A stretch of 64,000 nucleotides of DNA from an uncultured Rickettsiales bacterium. GTDB lineage: Bacteria; Pseudomonadota; Alphaproteobacteria; Rickettsiales; CANDYO01. Made by a program: the position numbers and the translations under genes. Of the stretch, positions 40,040 through 49,979 are shown in pieces; position 1 is the stretch's first letter, and every line of letters begins with the position of its first letter. The stretch is taken from assembly GCA_964550685.1 (NCBI GenBank), contig CAZJZY010000004.1:29644-93643 (forward strand), in the 5' to 3' direction. The notes beneath the pieces were generated by a model that saw nothing but the letters and a program-made list of their open reading frames with translations, was not told the origin of the DNA and ran no database searches.

Positions 40040-40765
40040 ATGAGTAAGATTATGGTTGCAAAAGAATCAACAAAGCTAGCTAACATAATTATACAAGAGC
40101 AAGCTAAAGCATTAATTAGAATGTCTTATCCATATAAAGACAATATTAGCGCTTTAAGGAAGAAATTATCTGAGTATAAAATCTTAGAAAATAAAACTTT
40201 TAAAGCAGAGTCCATTAGCTTTGCGCTTGAGCATATGAACAATAATCCAGCCAAATTTTCTTTAGGGTTGCGTAGAGAAATTAATGAACTATTACTTGCT
40301 AGAAAAAGTTTTCTTCAGAAAGAAGAGCCAGTTCATATAGAAATTGTTAGTGAAGCGTCATTAACTGAAGTGCCTCAAAAAAAATATGGGAATATCGCTG
40401 AATATATGCAATTAAATAGTAGATTGCCAGATAACTTAGATTTATTTATGAAGATGGCTATTGATGGTAATGATATTGAAGAAATAAAGCACCTACATAG
40501 CCTTAATGAAATTTCAGGCTTGCCTCGTATTAAGATTGATGATAGTTCTCCTCTTGAATATGCGCTAGCTCTTGGAAAAAATGATTTGGCTTTAGAGATG
40601 ATGCAAGCAGGTTTCGTTTTGAATCATAGAAGTAAGGTTGACAGAGCAAATGTTCATGATGCAATAAAAAATATTATTGAACGAGGTACTGGAGGAAGGG
40701 GAGTACAAGAAATTCTGGATGGAAAAACAACAGGATTGCGCCAAGTTCGCAGCATTAATAGGTAA
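40040..40765 (+). CDS. hypothetical protein with an ankyrin-repeat-like C-terminal region
   Basis: 241 aa. MAIDGNDIEEIKHLHSL...SSPLEYALALGKNDLALEMMQAGFVLNH fits the ANK consensus (xPLxxAxxxGxxxxxxxLLxxGaxxN). The rest is unassigned. Confidence 0.5.
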   Translation: MSKIMVAKESTKLANIIIQEQAKALIRMSYPYKDNISALRKKLSEYKILENKTFKAESISFALEHMNNNPAKFSLGLRREINELLLARKSFLQKEEPVHIEIVSEASLTEVPQKKYGNIAEYMQLNSRLPDNLDLFMKMAIDGNDIEEIKHLHSLNEISGLPRIKIDDSSPLEYALALGKNDLALEMMQAGFVLNHRSKVDRANVHDAIKNIIERGTGGRGVQEILDGKTTGLRQVRSINR

Positions 40766-40767
40766 AG

Positions 40768-41760
40768 CTAATATGCTGAATAGGTTTGAGAAACTAATTC
40801 TTCAATTATTTCAGAAGCTGTTTGTTTGCTTGTTACCATTCCCACGCTTTGACCAGCCATTACTGATCCAAATTCAACATCTCCATCAATAACTGCTTTT
40901 CTTAAAGCTCCAGCCCAGAATTTTTCTATCATTAATTGAGCTTCTTCTTTTGATACTTTTCCGCTTTGATATTCATCGATAGCTTTTCTTTGAGCCTGAT
41001 TAAATTCATAGGTTCCTTTATTCGTTATTGCTCTAACAGGAATTACTGGAAAATTATCATCGAGCTGTTGAGATACGGTGGTATCTCTAGCTTGTGATTT
41101 AAGAAAAATATTTTTAAAATTTTCATGCGCGATTGATTCATTGGCGCAAACGAATCGAGTTCCAAGTTGGCATCCAGCCGCGCCCATTTTTAGAAATTGT
41201 ACAATTGCCTCGCCTCTACCAATTCCTCCAGCAACAAAAATAGGTATAATATCTTTTAAAGATGGTAAAATTTCTTGAGCCAATACTAAGGTTGACACTG
41301 GGCCAATATGGCCTCCAGCTTCCATCCCTTCGATAACTATGCCATCTACTCCCATTTTAACTAGTTTTTTAGCAATAATTAAAGCTGGAGCAAAGGCTAT
41401 TACTTTAATATTTCCAGCTTTTAGCGAGTCAATCATGTAAGACTTGGGTAGGCCGCCAGCTAAAACAACATGAGTAACATTATTATCTTTACATGTTTGA
41501 ATTAATTGATCGAGCTCAGGATGCATGGTAATTAAGTTTACCCCAAACGGTAGTTTAGTAAGCTCTTTTGTTGCTTTAATTTCTTTATCAAGCAGTTTTG
41601 GACCCATAGATCCGCAAGCAAGAACTCCAAATCCACCAGCATTAGAAATTGCCGCTACCAGATTATGTTCTGAAACCCAAGACATCGCTCCACCTAAAAT
41701 GGCGTATTTTGTGCCTAAGAGTTTGCTGCCTTTTTGCCAGATGTAAGAGAGATCTATCAT
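40768..41760 (-). CDS. nitronate monooxygenase-family FMN oxidoreductase (FabK-like enoyl-ACP reductase II candidate)
   Basis: It has GGAMSWVSEHNLVAAISNAGGFGVLA, GVDGIVIEGMEAGGH and PIFVAGGIGRG. The ATG at 41760 (MIDLSYIW) avoids the overlap given by the 41799 start. Confidence 0.8.
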   Translation of the reverse strand: MIDLSYIWQKGSKLLGTKYAILGGAMSWVSEHNLVAAISNAGGFGVLACGSMGPKLLDKEIKATKELTKLPFGVNLITMHPELDQLIQTCKDNNVTHVVLAGGLPKSYMIDSLKAGNIKVIAFAPALIIAKKLVKMGVDGIVIEGMEAGGHIGPVSTLVLAQEILPSLKDIIPIFVAGGIGRGEAIVQFLKMGAAGCQLGTRFVCANESIAHENFKNIFLKSQARDTTVSQQLDDNFPVIPVRAITNKGTYEFNQAQRKAIDEYQSGKVSKEEAQLMIEKFWAGALRKAVIDGDVEFGSVMAGQSVGMVTSKQTASEIIEELVSQTYSAY

Positions 41761-41783
41761 AATATTTACTTTAAATTTAAAAT

Positions 41784-42800
41784 TTAATCTAAATGACAAG
41801 CGCTATGCAACAATCTAGTTGCATAGAATTTATGCTCATCGGCCACTACAAAACTTAATGTCATTAAAGATGTTTTAATAGACAAAATATCTATTTGAGC
41901 GTCGTTTAATGTTTTTGTTAAAGATTCAATTAGTTTTGAATTATGCTCTATATTTGTACCTATTACTGAAATTTTAGCAATATCTAATTTAGAATTTACG
42001 ATTAATTCATTAGATATTTGTTGGTTGAGTGCTACTCCAATTACAGGATGGTTTGTGCTTGAATTATTTATAATGGTTCCAGCGTTATTTGTGAAGCTTG
42101 ATAATACTTGCACTTTGATTCTATAATGCTTCGCCCATTTTACAGATTTTTCTTGTAGAACTTTAGCCCCTGCGTTTGCGAAGGCAATCATTTCATCATA
42201 GTTAATATTATTAATTTTATGAGCTTTGGCAACTATTCTAGGGTCACCAGTAAACACCCCCTCAACATCTGTGTAGATATTGCAGCTTTGAGCGCCCAAA
42301 CAGCCAGCTAGAATAATAGCGCTTGTGTCTGATCCACCCCTGCCTAGAGTACTATTTCTTTGATCAAAAGTTATTCCTTGAAAGCCTGCAACTACTGCTA
42401 CTTGGTATCCATCTTTAAAGGAATCGATAATTTTTGTGCAATGAAGCTCAATGATGTGTCCATCTGATAAATTATTATCAGTTATAATTCCTGTTTGCCA
42501 GCTTAGCCAGGATCTAGCTTTCAATCCAGCTTCTTGTAAAAATAAAGTAAATAAGCCAGCCGATACTTGTTCTCCTGTAGTGATAACATTGGCATATTCA
42601 GCCAAGCTATCTTGAGTAGCGCAGTTGCTTATCTCTTTTACTAAACTTACTAAATGATCAGTCACTCCAGCCATTGCAGAAACCACTACAATAACTTGGT
42701 TACCAGATGCTACTTGACTGATAACTTTTGCCACCGCATTCTTCATTAACTTAGTATTGGCTAAAGAAGTGCCACCAAATTTCTGTACTATTAATGTCAT
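41784..42800 (-). CDS. lysC: aspartate kinase (short form)
   Basis: 338 aa with MTLIVQKFGGTSLAN, VVVVSAMAGVTDHL, LGRGGSDTSA and a C-terminal ACT-like region. Confidence 0.85.
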   Translation of the reverse strand: MTLIVQKFGGTSLANTKLMKNAVAKVISQVASGNQVIVVVSAMAGVTDHLVSLVKEISNCATQDSLAEYANVITTGEQVSAGLFTLFLQEAGLKARSWLSWQTGIITDNNLSDGHIIELHCTKIIDSFKDGYQVAVVAGFQGITFDQRNSTLGRGGSDTSAIILAGCLGAQSCNIYTDVEGVFTGDPRIVAKAHKINNINYDEMIAFANAGAKVLQEKSVKWAKHYRIKVQVLSSFTNNAGTIINNSSTNHPVIGVALNQQISNELIVNSKLDIAKISVIGTNIEHNSKLIESLTKTLNDAQIDILSIKTSLMTLSFVVADEHKFYATRLLHSACHLD

Positions 42801-42810
42801 AAGTTCCTTA

Positions 42811-43899
42811 TCATCTATAGATTCTATGTATTCTTGAGCTTAAAGAAGTAATTATATTGTTATAAGTGGCGCCAGAATGCTGTGCCATTCTTTGGATTGA
42901 AGAGTTTTTTCCTAACAGCTCAACTTCAGCTCCTACATATAAATATTCTTTTGGTATATTGGTAACGTCTATCATCGTAAGATCCATGGAAATTTTTCCT
43001 ATTATAGGAGCCGGATAGCCATTAATATCAAAAACCCCTCTATTACTCAAGGATGGTAATATTCCATCTCCGTAACCTATAGGTATAGTAGCTATAACAC
43101 TAGATTTGTTTAGTTTATAGCTGCCTTCGTAATCGGTAATAAAGTCTTCTTGAATTTCACGAATTTGTATAATTTTACTAGTAATAGTAATAGCATTCAT
43201 AAGGTTTAGGTCTGGATTACTAGAATATCCTAATAATAATAATCCTGGTCTTACAATATCAAAGTGATATTGCTCATTGAGCGCAATACCAGTGCTTCCA
43301 GCAAAAGAAATAGGAAGATTAAATGCTTGTTGAATCTTCTTTATTATTTGTAGCTGATTTTGATTATAAGGATTGTCTGTTTGAGAGTTAGATGCAAAAT
43401 AGCTCATAATGAAGCAAATAATAATTCTCTGCTGAAAATATCCTTGCTCTATGAGTTCTAAAGCTTCCTTGTAAGGAAAGCCTATTGTATTGATGCCAGT
43501 ATCAATATTTAAAACAGCAGAAAAGTTTTTGTTTTTTCTTCGGCAATAATTATTAAATAATTCAAATTGTTCTTTAGTATTTAAAACTGGAATTAGATTA
43601 TTTTGAGCAAAATAATCTTCTTCTCCGGCTGCAATGCCATTTAAAACATATATTCTGTCTGTAAGTGAGAAGCTTCGTAGTTCAAGAGCTTCATCTATGG
43701 TGCTAACAAAAAATTCATTACAACCAGCTTTAGATAAATGGCGCATTATGTGCATTAAGCCCATGCCATAAGCGTCTGATTTAATGTTAGCTGCACAAGT
43801 AACTTTTGTGCCAACAAAATTTTTCAATAATTTATAATTTTCAGCAATAGCTGCAGAGTTAATATAGATTTTATTAAGGGAGAATTTATTTTTTTCCAT
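42811..43899 (-). CDS. alr: alanine racemase
   Basis: 362 aa. The PLP-lysine block is AANIKSDAYGMG, with VRPGLLLLGY and a C-terminal beta domain. Confidence 0.85.
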   Translation of the reverse strand: MEKNKFSLNKIYINSAAIAENYKLLKNFVGTKVTCAANIKSDAYGMGLMHIMRHLSKAGCNEFFVSTIDEALELRSFSLTDRIYVLNGIAAGEEDYFAQNNLIPVLNTKEQFELFNNYCRRKNKNFSAVLNIDTGINTIGFPYKEALELIEQGYFQQRIIICFIMSYFASNSQTDNPYNQNQLQIIKKIQQAFNLPISFAGSTGIALNEQYHFDIVRPGLLLLGYSSNPDLNLMNAITITSKIIQIREIQEDFITDYEGSYKLNKSSVIATIPIGYGDGILPSLSNRGVFDINGYPAPIIGKISMDLTMIDVTNIPKEYLYVGAEVELLGKNSSIQRMAQHSGATYNNIITSLSSRIHRIYR

Positions 43900-43905
43900 A
43901 ATGTT

Positions 43906-45352
43906 TTAAGTATCTATATGATTAGTGAATTTAGTAGTATTAGAGTCAAAGTGTAATTTAATACTACCAACTGGGCCATTACGTTGTTTTGCTATAATTA
44001 CTTCGGCAGTATTAGTAACTTTATTCATTTCTGATTGCCATTTTTCGTGTTCTGGTGTGTTTTCTTGAGGTTGTTTACGAATTAAATAATACTCATCTCG
44101 ATAAATAAACATCACAATGTCAGCGTCTTGTTCAATGCTTCCAGATTCTCTAAGATCAGATAATAGAGGGCGTTTATCTTCTCGTTGTTCTACGGCTCTA
44201 GAAAGCTGAGATAAAGCTATCACAGGAATGTTTAGTTCTTTTGCTATGGCTTTTAGTCCTTGAGTTATTTCAGAAATTTCTTGAACCCTGCTTCCTTCGC
44301 TGTTTTTTGAAGAGCCTTTTATTAATTGTAAGTAATCAATCACTAATAAGCTAAGATTATGTCTTCTTTTTATTCGTCTAGCTCTAGTTCTAAGAGCGGC
44401 TATTGAAATGGATGGTGTGTCATCAATAAAAAAAGATAACTCTGCTAAATCTTTGCTAGCTTTAACTATTTTTACGAAATCATTCTCAGTGATTTGTCCT
44501 GATCTTAATTTGCCAGAGTTTACCTCAGAGCAGATAGACATCATTCTAGTGGCTAATTGTTCAGCTGACATTTCAAGAGAGAAAAAGCCTATTGAAGATG
44601 GTTGGTTTCCTTCTGTGTCATTTTGTTTATGGTGTAAATATTGACAAGCATTTAAAGCTAAATTTATTGCTAATGCTGTTTTACCCATAGAAGGACGGGC
44701 TGCTAAAATCAATAAATCAGAATTTTGCATTCCGCATAACATTTTATCCAGATCAATAAATCCAGTTGAAATTTTCTTGTCTCTTAAAGGCTAACTGTAT
44801 TTTATCAAGCGCTTCACCTAGTGAGGCTTTAATAGCGCGAAAATTGGCATTAGTTTCTCTGCCTAAATTAGCTAAATTAAATAATTCTTGCTCTGCTCGC
44901 TCTATTTGTTCATTAGCAGTAAGGGTAATTTTAGGGGTGTAAGCATCATTTACTATATCTTCGCCAACATTAATTAAACTGCGACGAATTGATAAATCAA
45001 CGATAGTTTTAGAATAATCATTAATATTAATTATTGTTGTAGCTAAGGTTGATAATTGGCTCAAATAATCTCTTTGATTCATTTCTTTTAAAGTTGGATC
45101 TTGGTCGAAATGGTTTTTTAGAGTGACTGGATTAGCTAACATTCCTCGATCAATAAAAGTGGCTATTGCTTCAAAAATTCTCTTGTGAATAGGTTCATAA
45201 AAATGTTCGGCTTGTAGAAAGTCACTCACTCTATTATATGATTCATTATTAGTAAGAATGCTGCCTAATATCATCTGTTCAGCTAAAATATTAGCTGGTA
45301 ATACTCTATTTAAGGATGGTAATTCTGAAGGTTGGTCTGTTACTATCGGCAT
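43906..45352 (-). pseudogene. dnaB: replicative DNA helicase DnaB split by a 1-nt frameshift (or assembly error) near 44768-44780
   Basis: The N-terminal-domain ORF (199 aa) ends ...KRQENFNWIY*. The neighbouring frame across the same bases reads ISTGFIDLDKMLCGMQNSDLLILAARPSMGKT. It continues through the RecA-like domain (FFSLEMSAEQL, LLVIDYLQL, ALSQLSRAVE). Confidence 0.85.
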
Positions 45353-45438
45353 AATTAAAATGAAATATATGAAATTGTTTTAGAATAATGTATTATATAT
45401 GATTATTATATTTTTCCTAGATTATTTTATCTATAATC

Positions 45439-45468
45439 TTGACAAAATCCAATTAATTTTCGTACAAT
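45439..45468 (+). promoter_or_regulatory. candidate sigma70-type promoter for the atp F0 operon
   Basis: TTGACA (45439-45444), an 18-nt spacer, then TACAAT (45463-45468). This is about 29 nt upstream of the atpI-like start. Chance matches are common in AT-rich DNA. Confidence 0.4.
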
Positions 45469-45496
45469 GGTCTTTAAATTTTGGAAGTTGATGTAA

Positions 45497-45754
45497 TTGG
45501 ATAAGTTTGACGAGTTTGACAAAAAATTATCGGAATATAAGCAAAAACATCTTCCGTTAAAATTAAGAAAAGATAAGTCTTCTGATGCCGGGATTTTTGT
45601 GGTGGCAGAATTACTTGCCGGAATTGGAATCGGTGGTTTTTTAGGTTATCAACTTGATCAATACCTAAATACTAAAATGTTGTTTTTGTTAATATTGGTG
45701 GTTATAGGTTTAATTTCAGCATTCTATAATATTTACAACAAATATAAAGGGTAA
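45497..45754 (+). CDS. atpI: ATP synthase protein I-like small membrane protein (AtpI/AtpR type)
   Basis: 85 aa from a TTG start, with two TM helices (IFVVAELLAGIGIGGFLGY, LFLLILVVIGLISAFY). It lies immediately upstream of atpB, as in alphaproteobacterial F0 operons. Confidence 0.6.
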   Translation: MDKFDEFDKKLSEYKQKHLPLKLRKDKSSDAGIFVVAELLAGIGIGGFLGYQLDQYLNTKMLFLLILVVIGLISAFYNIYNKYKG

Positions 45755-45757
45755 AAA

Positions 45758-46483
45758 ATGTCTCTCAATCCTTTCGCTCAATTTAAAACTTATTCATTGG
45801 TAGATATATCTTTGTTCGGCTATGATTTGAGCTTTACTAATTCTGCGATGTTTATGTTAATGGCTGTTGCTTTAGTGGGAGGTTTTTTTTATTTCTCATC
45901 TAAATATGCAGTTATAATACCTGGTAAATTACAAAGCTCTGCCGAATTAATTTTTGAATTTGTTGGTGATACTCTTCATGAAGCTGCTGGAAAGGCAAGT
46001 AAACCATTTTTCCCATTTATATTTACATTATTTACGTTCATATTAACGCTTAACTTATTAGGCATGATGCCCTATGGTTTTACGGTTACTAGTCATGTGA
46101 GCGTAACTTTTGCGATTGCTACGATGATTTTTTTTGCTGTTACTATTACTGGCTTTGTTAGGCATGGCCTGAAGTTCTTATCATTATTTTTGCCACATGG
46201 AACGCCGCTATATATTGCTCCATTAATGATATTGATTGAGTTATTTTCATTCTTATCTCGCCCCATTAGTTTATCAATTCGTTTGGCCGGTAATATGATA
46301 GCAGGGCATGTTTTGCTTAAAGTATTAGCTGGTTTTGTGGTGATGATGGGAGTTTATGGTATTGTTCCGATACCATTTATGGTGGTGATGGTTGGATTTG
46401 AGCTTTTTGTTGCCATTTTGCAAGCCTATTTATTTACGATTTTGGCATGTGTATATTTAAATGATGCTATAAACTTGCATTAG
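45758..46483 (+). CDS. atpB: F0F1 ATP synthase subunit a
   Basis: 241 aa with the essential-Arg block LSLSIRLAGNMIAGH. Confidence 0.95.
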   Translation: MSLNPFAQFKTYSLVDISLFGYDLSFTNSAMFMLMAVALVGGFFYFSSKYAVIIPGKLQSSAELIFEFVGDTLHEAAGKASKPFFPFIFTLFTFILTLNLLGMMPYGFTVTSHVSVTFAIATMIFFAVTITGFVRHGLKFLSLFLPHGTPLYIAPLMILIELFSFLSRPISLSIRLAGNMIAGHVLLKVLAGFVVMMGVYGIVPIPFMVVMVGFELFVAILQAYLFTILACVYLNDAINLH

Positions 46484-46561
46484 TAATGCTATTATGCAAT
46501 TATGGGTGCTATTAATTATTTGTTTGTTATATTAATTTTAAATTTTAAGGAGAGTTAAGTT

Positions 46562-46786
46562 ATGGATGCAGATTCATTAAAATATATTGCAATAGGTCTT
46601 ATGAGTTTTGGTATGTTAGGAGCGGCTCTGGGAGTGGCCAACATATTCTCAAGTTTGCTCAATGCTATTGCTCGTAATCCAGCGCAAGAAAATAAATTAT
46701 TTGCTCGTGCTATTATTGGTGCAGCTATGGCTGAGGCGATGGGTATATTTGCATTAGGTGTTGCTTTAATTTTGCTTTTTAAATAA
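46562..46786 (+). CDS. atpE: F0F1 ATP synthase subunit c
   Basis: 74 aa forming a hairpin of two TM helices, with ARNPAQ in the loop and the carboxylate in AMAEAMGIFAL. Confidence 0.95.
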   Translation: MDADSLKYIAIGLMSFGMLGAALGVANIFSSLLNAIARNPAQENKLFARAIIGAAMAEAMGIFALGVALILLFK

Positions 46787-46803
46787 TAGAGCGATAAAAT
46801 TTT

Positions 46804-47277
46804 ATGCCGCAGCTTGATATTTCAACATTTTTGCCTCAATTATTTTGGCTTATAGTAAGCTTTGGATTGCTTTATTGTATTTTGAGTAAATTTTGTTTAC
46901 CAAAGCTAGACAAAATTTTTTGTGAAAGAGATGATAAAATATCGCATGCTTTATCTAAGGCTGAAAGGAATAAAAAAGAAGCTTTCAAGCTTAAGGCAGA
47001 GTATGAAGAGGTGATATCTCGGGCTATTAAAACTAAAGATTCTATGGTTCTTGAGGCTTTAAAAGAAATATCTGTAATGATGGATCATAAGATGGTGCAG
47101 CATGAGCTTGAGCTGAAAATTATGTTAAGTAATTCCGAGCAAAAGCTAAAAGAGTTTAAGGATAATTCAGTTGAGCATGTTAAGCAGATAGCCGTGGAGG
47201 CTTCTGAAGAAATATTGTCTAATTTGTTAAATATAAAATTAACAAAGAAATCCATATTGCAGCTAATTAAATCTTAG
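46804..47277 (+). CDS. F0F1 ATP synthase subunit b'
   Basis: 157 aa. It starts MPQLDISTFLPQLFWLIVSF, typical of alphaproteobacterial b', with a single TM and a long charged helix. Confidence 0.8.
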   Translation: MPQLDISTFLPQLFWLIVSFGLLYCILSKFCLPKLDKIFCERDDKISHALSKAERNKKEAFKLKAEYEEVISRAIKTKDSMVLEALKEISVMMDHKMVQHELELKIMLSNSEQKLKEFKDNSVEHVKQIAVEASEEILSNLLNIKLTKKSILQLIKS

Positions 47278-47284
47278 GGTAATT

Positions 47285-47788
47285 ATGGTGTTTGATGCAA
47301 GTTTTTGGTTGGCTATATCAATAGTAATTTTTATATGCTTAGTGTTTAAGTATGTGAAGTCATTTATTTTAACGGCGCTATTAAACAGAATTCAATCTAT
47401 TGAAAACAAGTTTAAAGATATTTTTTCTATAAGCGAAGAAGCTGAAAATTTATTAAAAGAATATAGAGTGCTTCACCATTCATCTAAAGAAAAAGTAAAA
47501 GATATTATCGCTTCGGCTGAATTAGAAATAAAGCAGTTGAAAGAAGAAGCTGAGCATGAAATGTTAATGAAGCTGAGCTCAAGAACTGAGGCAATTCTTA
47601 GTAAGATTCATAATAATGAAGTAAAACTCTTGTCTGAATTGCGCTTAGAAGCGGTTAATTTAGCGGTATTGATTGCTGTGGAAGCGTTAACTTCTGATGA
47701 GGGGAGTCAGCAGAAAAATCAATACGTAAAAAATTCAATTGATGCAATATCATCACAGATTAAAGGAAATACACAGTATTTGATGTAG
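47285..47788 (+). CDS. atpF: F0F1 ATP synthase subunit b
   Basis: 167 aa with an N-terminal TM and an extended charged helix. Its position after b' fits the operon. Confidence 0.8.
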   Translation: MVFDASFWLAISIVIFICLVFKYVKSFILTALLNRIQSIENKFKDIFSISEEAENLLKEYRVLHHSSKEKVKDIIASAELEIKQLKEEAEHEMLMKLSSRTEAILSKIHNNEVKLLSELRLEAVNLAVLIAVEALTSDEGSQQKNQYVKNSIDAISSQIKGNTQYLM

Positions 47789-47873
47789 AATTCTTGACTA
47801 AGGTTAATATATAGGATATTAATTTTAAGTAATCTATATTAAGTTTTTGTAAACCAAGAAGTGTGAAGGTGGT

Positions 47874-48563
47874 ATGATATCTATTTTATTAGCTTTAAAA
47901 GACAATCCAACTTTAACTGTTTTATCTTATCATCTTGAGCGCTATGGGTTTGTTATAAACTCTGCTTCTAACACAGAAGAGCTTTTGATAGAGGTCGGTA
48001 GAATAAATCCAAATATTTTAATTGTTGATGAAGATATTTCAAGTATTTCTGAGGTTAATGCTATATGCTCTAGCTTGAAGTCAAAGTATAAAACAAAAAA
48101 ATTCCATATTATTTTAGCAAGTAAATCCCCCCAAGATAATAACCATAATATTAATGATTATATATTAAAGCCATTTGTACCAAGTGCGATCGTTGCTAAA
48201 ATTCAGGCTTTTGCTAATGAAAAATTATTATATTCTAACGGCAAAACTTTGAGCTATAAGGGTATAGAAATGCAGGTTGATTCTTTTAAAGTTAGTCGCT
48301 TGGGTCGAGCCATTCATTTGGGGCCCACGGAATTTAAAATTCTTCAGTGTTTTCTAGAATTGCCAGAAAAAACATTATCTCGTAAATATATTATGAATCA
48401 CGTTTGGGGTTATGATAGTGATGTTGAGGCGAGGACAGTTGATGTGCATATTAATAGATTAAGATCTGCCTTGAAAGAGGATGGTGAAGAATCTTCGCTT
48501 ATCAGAACCATTAGGTCTGAAGGATATTCTCTGAATGTTACATTTTCTATGGTTAAGGCATAA
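47874..48563 (+). CDS. OmpR/PhoB-family response regulator (orphan; partly atypical receiver)
   Basis: 229 aa. Receiver blocks are NILIVDEDIS and DYILKPF. The winged-helix part has LGPTEFKILQCFL, RTVDVHINRLRSAL and IRTIRSEGYSL. Confidence 0.85.
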   Translation: MISILLALKDNPTLTVLSYHLERYGFVINSASNTEELLIEVGRINPNILIVDEDISSISEVNAICSSLKSKYKTKKFHIILASKSPQDNNHNINDYILKPFVPSAIVAKIQAFANEKLLYSNGKTLSYKGIEMQVDSFKVSRLGRAIHLGPTEFKILQCFLELPEKTLSRKYIMNHVWGYDSDVEARTVDVHINRLRSALKEDGEESSLIRTIRSEGYSLNVTFSMVKA

Positions 48564-48564
48564 G

Positions 48565-49836
48565 TTATTTTTCTAAATTTCTATAACTAAATTCCTTAAT
48601 TAGAGGGACAATATTTTGCCTAAATTTAGATCCGTTAAATAATCCGTAATGTCCTACTCCTTTTTGTAGGTGGTATTCTTTTTTCTTTTCTGGGATATTT
48701 GCGCATAGATTAATGGCTGCTTTAGTTTGTTCTAAGCCGGTTATATCATCATGTTCTCCTTCTAATACTAACAAAGCTGGTTTAGTTATATTTTCTAGGT
48801 TAACTTGGCGGCCACGTGATATAAGTGTGCCTTGAGGTAGTGAATGTTCTATAAATACTTCTTTGATGGTTTGGATGTAAAACTCATCTGGTAAATCCAT
48901 CACGGCTAAATATTCATCATAAAAAGCAATATGTTTATCGGCTCCATCTTCGTCTCCTTCAACCAGATGCTGAAATAATTTCATATGTTCCCCAACGTGG
49001 CGTTTCATGTTCATTGACATAAATCCGGCAAGCTGCAAGAATCCAGGGTAAACTTCTCTACCAAATCCTTTGTAATTTAATGGTACCATGCTGATTACAT
49101 TGTTTTCGAACCACTGAATTTCTTTATTAGATGCGTAATCATTCACTTTTGTGGGGCTGATTCTAGCATCAATAGGGCCGCCAATTAGAATTATATTACT
49201 TGGTATTTTTGAGCTAGTAGGATTTTTTGTAGACATAATTGCAACAGCTGCAGAAACTGGCACAGCTGGCTGACATACTGCCATTACAGTTAGGTTAGGT
49301 GAAAGTTCTGACATGAATTCAATGCAGTAATCAATGAAATCATCAAAACCAAAATTTCCTTTTTCTATAGGGATATCCCTAACATTTTCCCAGTCTGTTA
49401 TGTATACATCAAAATAAGGCAAACAATCTTGAACTGTTCCTCGTAATAAAGTGGCGTAATGTCCAGACATTGGCGCCACTATTAGTAGCTTAGGCAATTT
49501 TTTAGTAGGAAATTTTCTGAAATGAACCAAATTACAAAAGGTTTTTTTTATAACAGTCTCCTGCATTATTTTATATTCTTTGTCATTTACAAAAACATTA
49601 TTTATTCCAAATTCAGGTTTAGGGTAATCTCTAGTCAGTCTTTCCATTAATTCATAAACTGCACTTGTTGTACGATTAGCTGTTAAATAAGACATCGGGT
49701 TATATGGGTTATCAGCCCAATCTTGTGCTGCTTTAAGTCCGGTTCTAAAAGGAGTAGCGTTGGCCTTATACATCTCCACGAAAGAATAAAGCAAGTTATT
49801 CTCAAAGATATTAGCAAATGGATTAGATTTGTTCAT
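48565..49836 (-). CDS. phaZ: intracellular polyhydroxyalkanoate depolymerase
   Basis: 423 aa. LLIVAPMSGHYATLLRGTV, ITDWENVRD and AVCQPAVP match my recollection of the PhaZ (PHB_depo_C) family. Confidence 0.8.
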   Translation of the reverse strand: MNKSNPFANIFENNLLYSFVEMYKANATPFRTGLKAAQDWADNPYNPMSYLTANRTTSAVYELMERLTRDYPKPEFGINNVFVNDKEYKIMQETVIKKTFCNLVHFRKFPTKKLPKLLIVAPMSGHYATLLRGTVQDCLPYFDVYITDWENVRDIPIEKGNFGFDDFIDYCIEFMSELSPNLTVMAVCQPAVPVSAAVAIMSTKNPTSSKIPSNIILIGGPIDARISPTKVNDYASNKEIQWFENNVISMVPLNYKGFGREVYPGFLQLAGFMSMNMKRHVGEHMKLFQHLVEGDEDGADKHIAFYDEYLAVMDLPDEFYIQTIKEVFIEHSLPQGTLISRGRQVNLENITKPALLVLEGEHDDITGLEQTKAAINLCANIPEKKKEYHLQKGVGHYGLFNGSKFRQNIVPLIKEFSYRNLEK

Positions 49837-49979
49837 ATTAATGGTGCTCCTACTGAATTTATAAATTATAGTATAAAATCAAATAGTAAAGAAGTAGTTA
49901 ATGTGTTTATGTGGTATCTTCTTGCTTTTTCTGGAATATCTTTTATTCTTGGGTTGTTATTTTACTTAAGAGGTTTTGC

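Noticed and set aside
47794-47822. TTGACT-N17-TATTAA as a promoter for the response-regulator gene.
   Set aside because: The -10 element matches the consensus at only 4 of 6 positions, and such matches are expected by chance in DNA this AT-rich. It is not reported as a feature.
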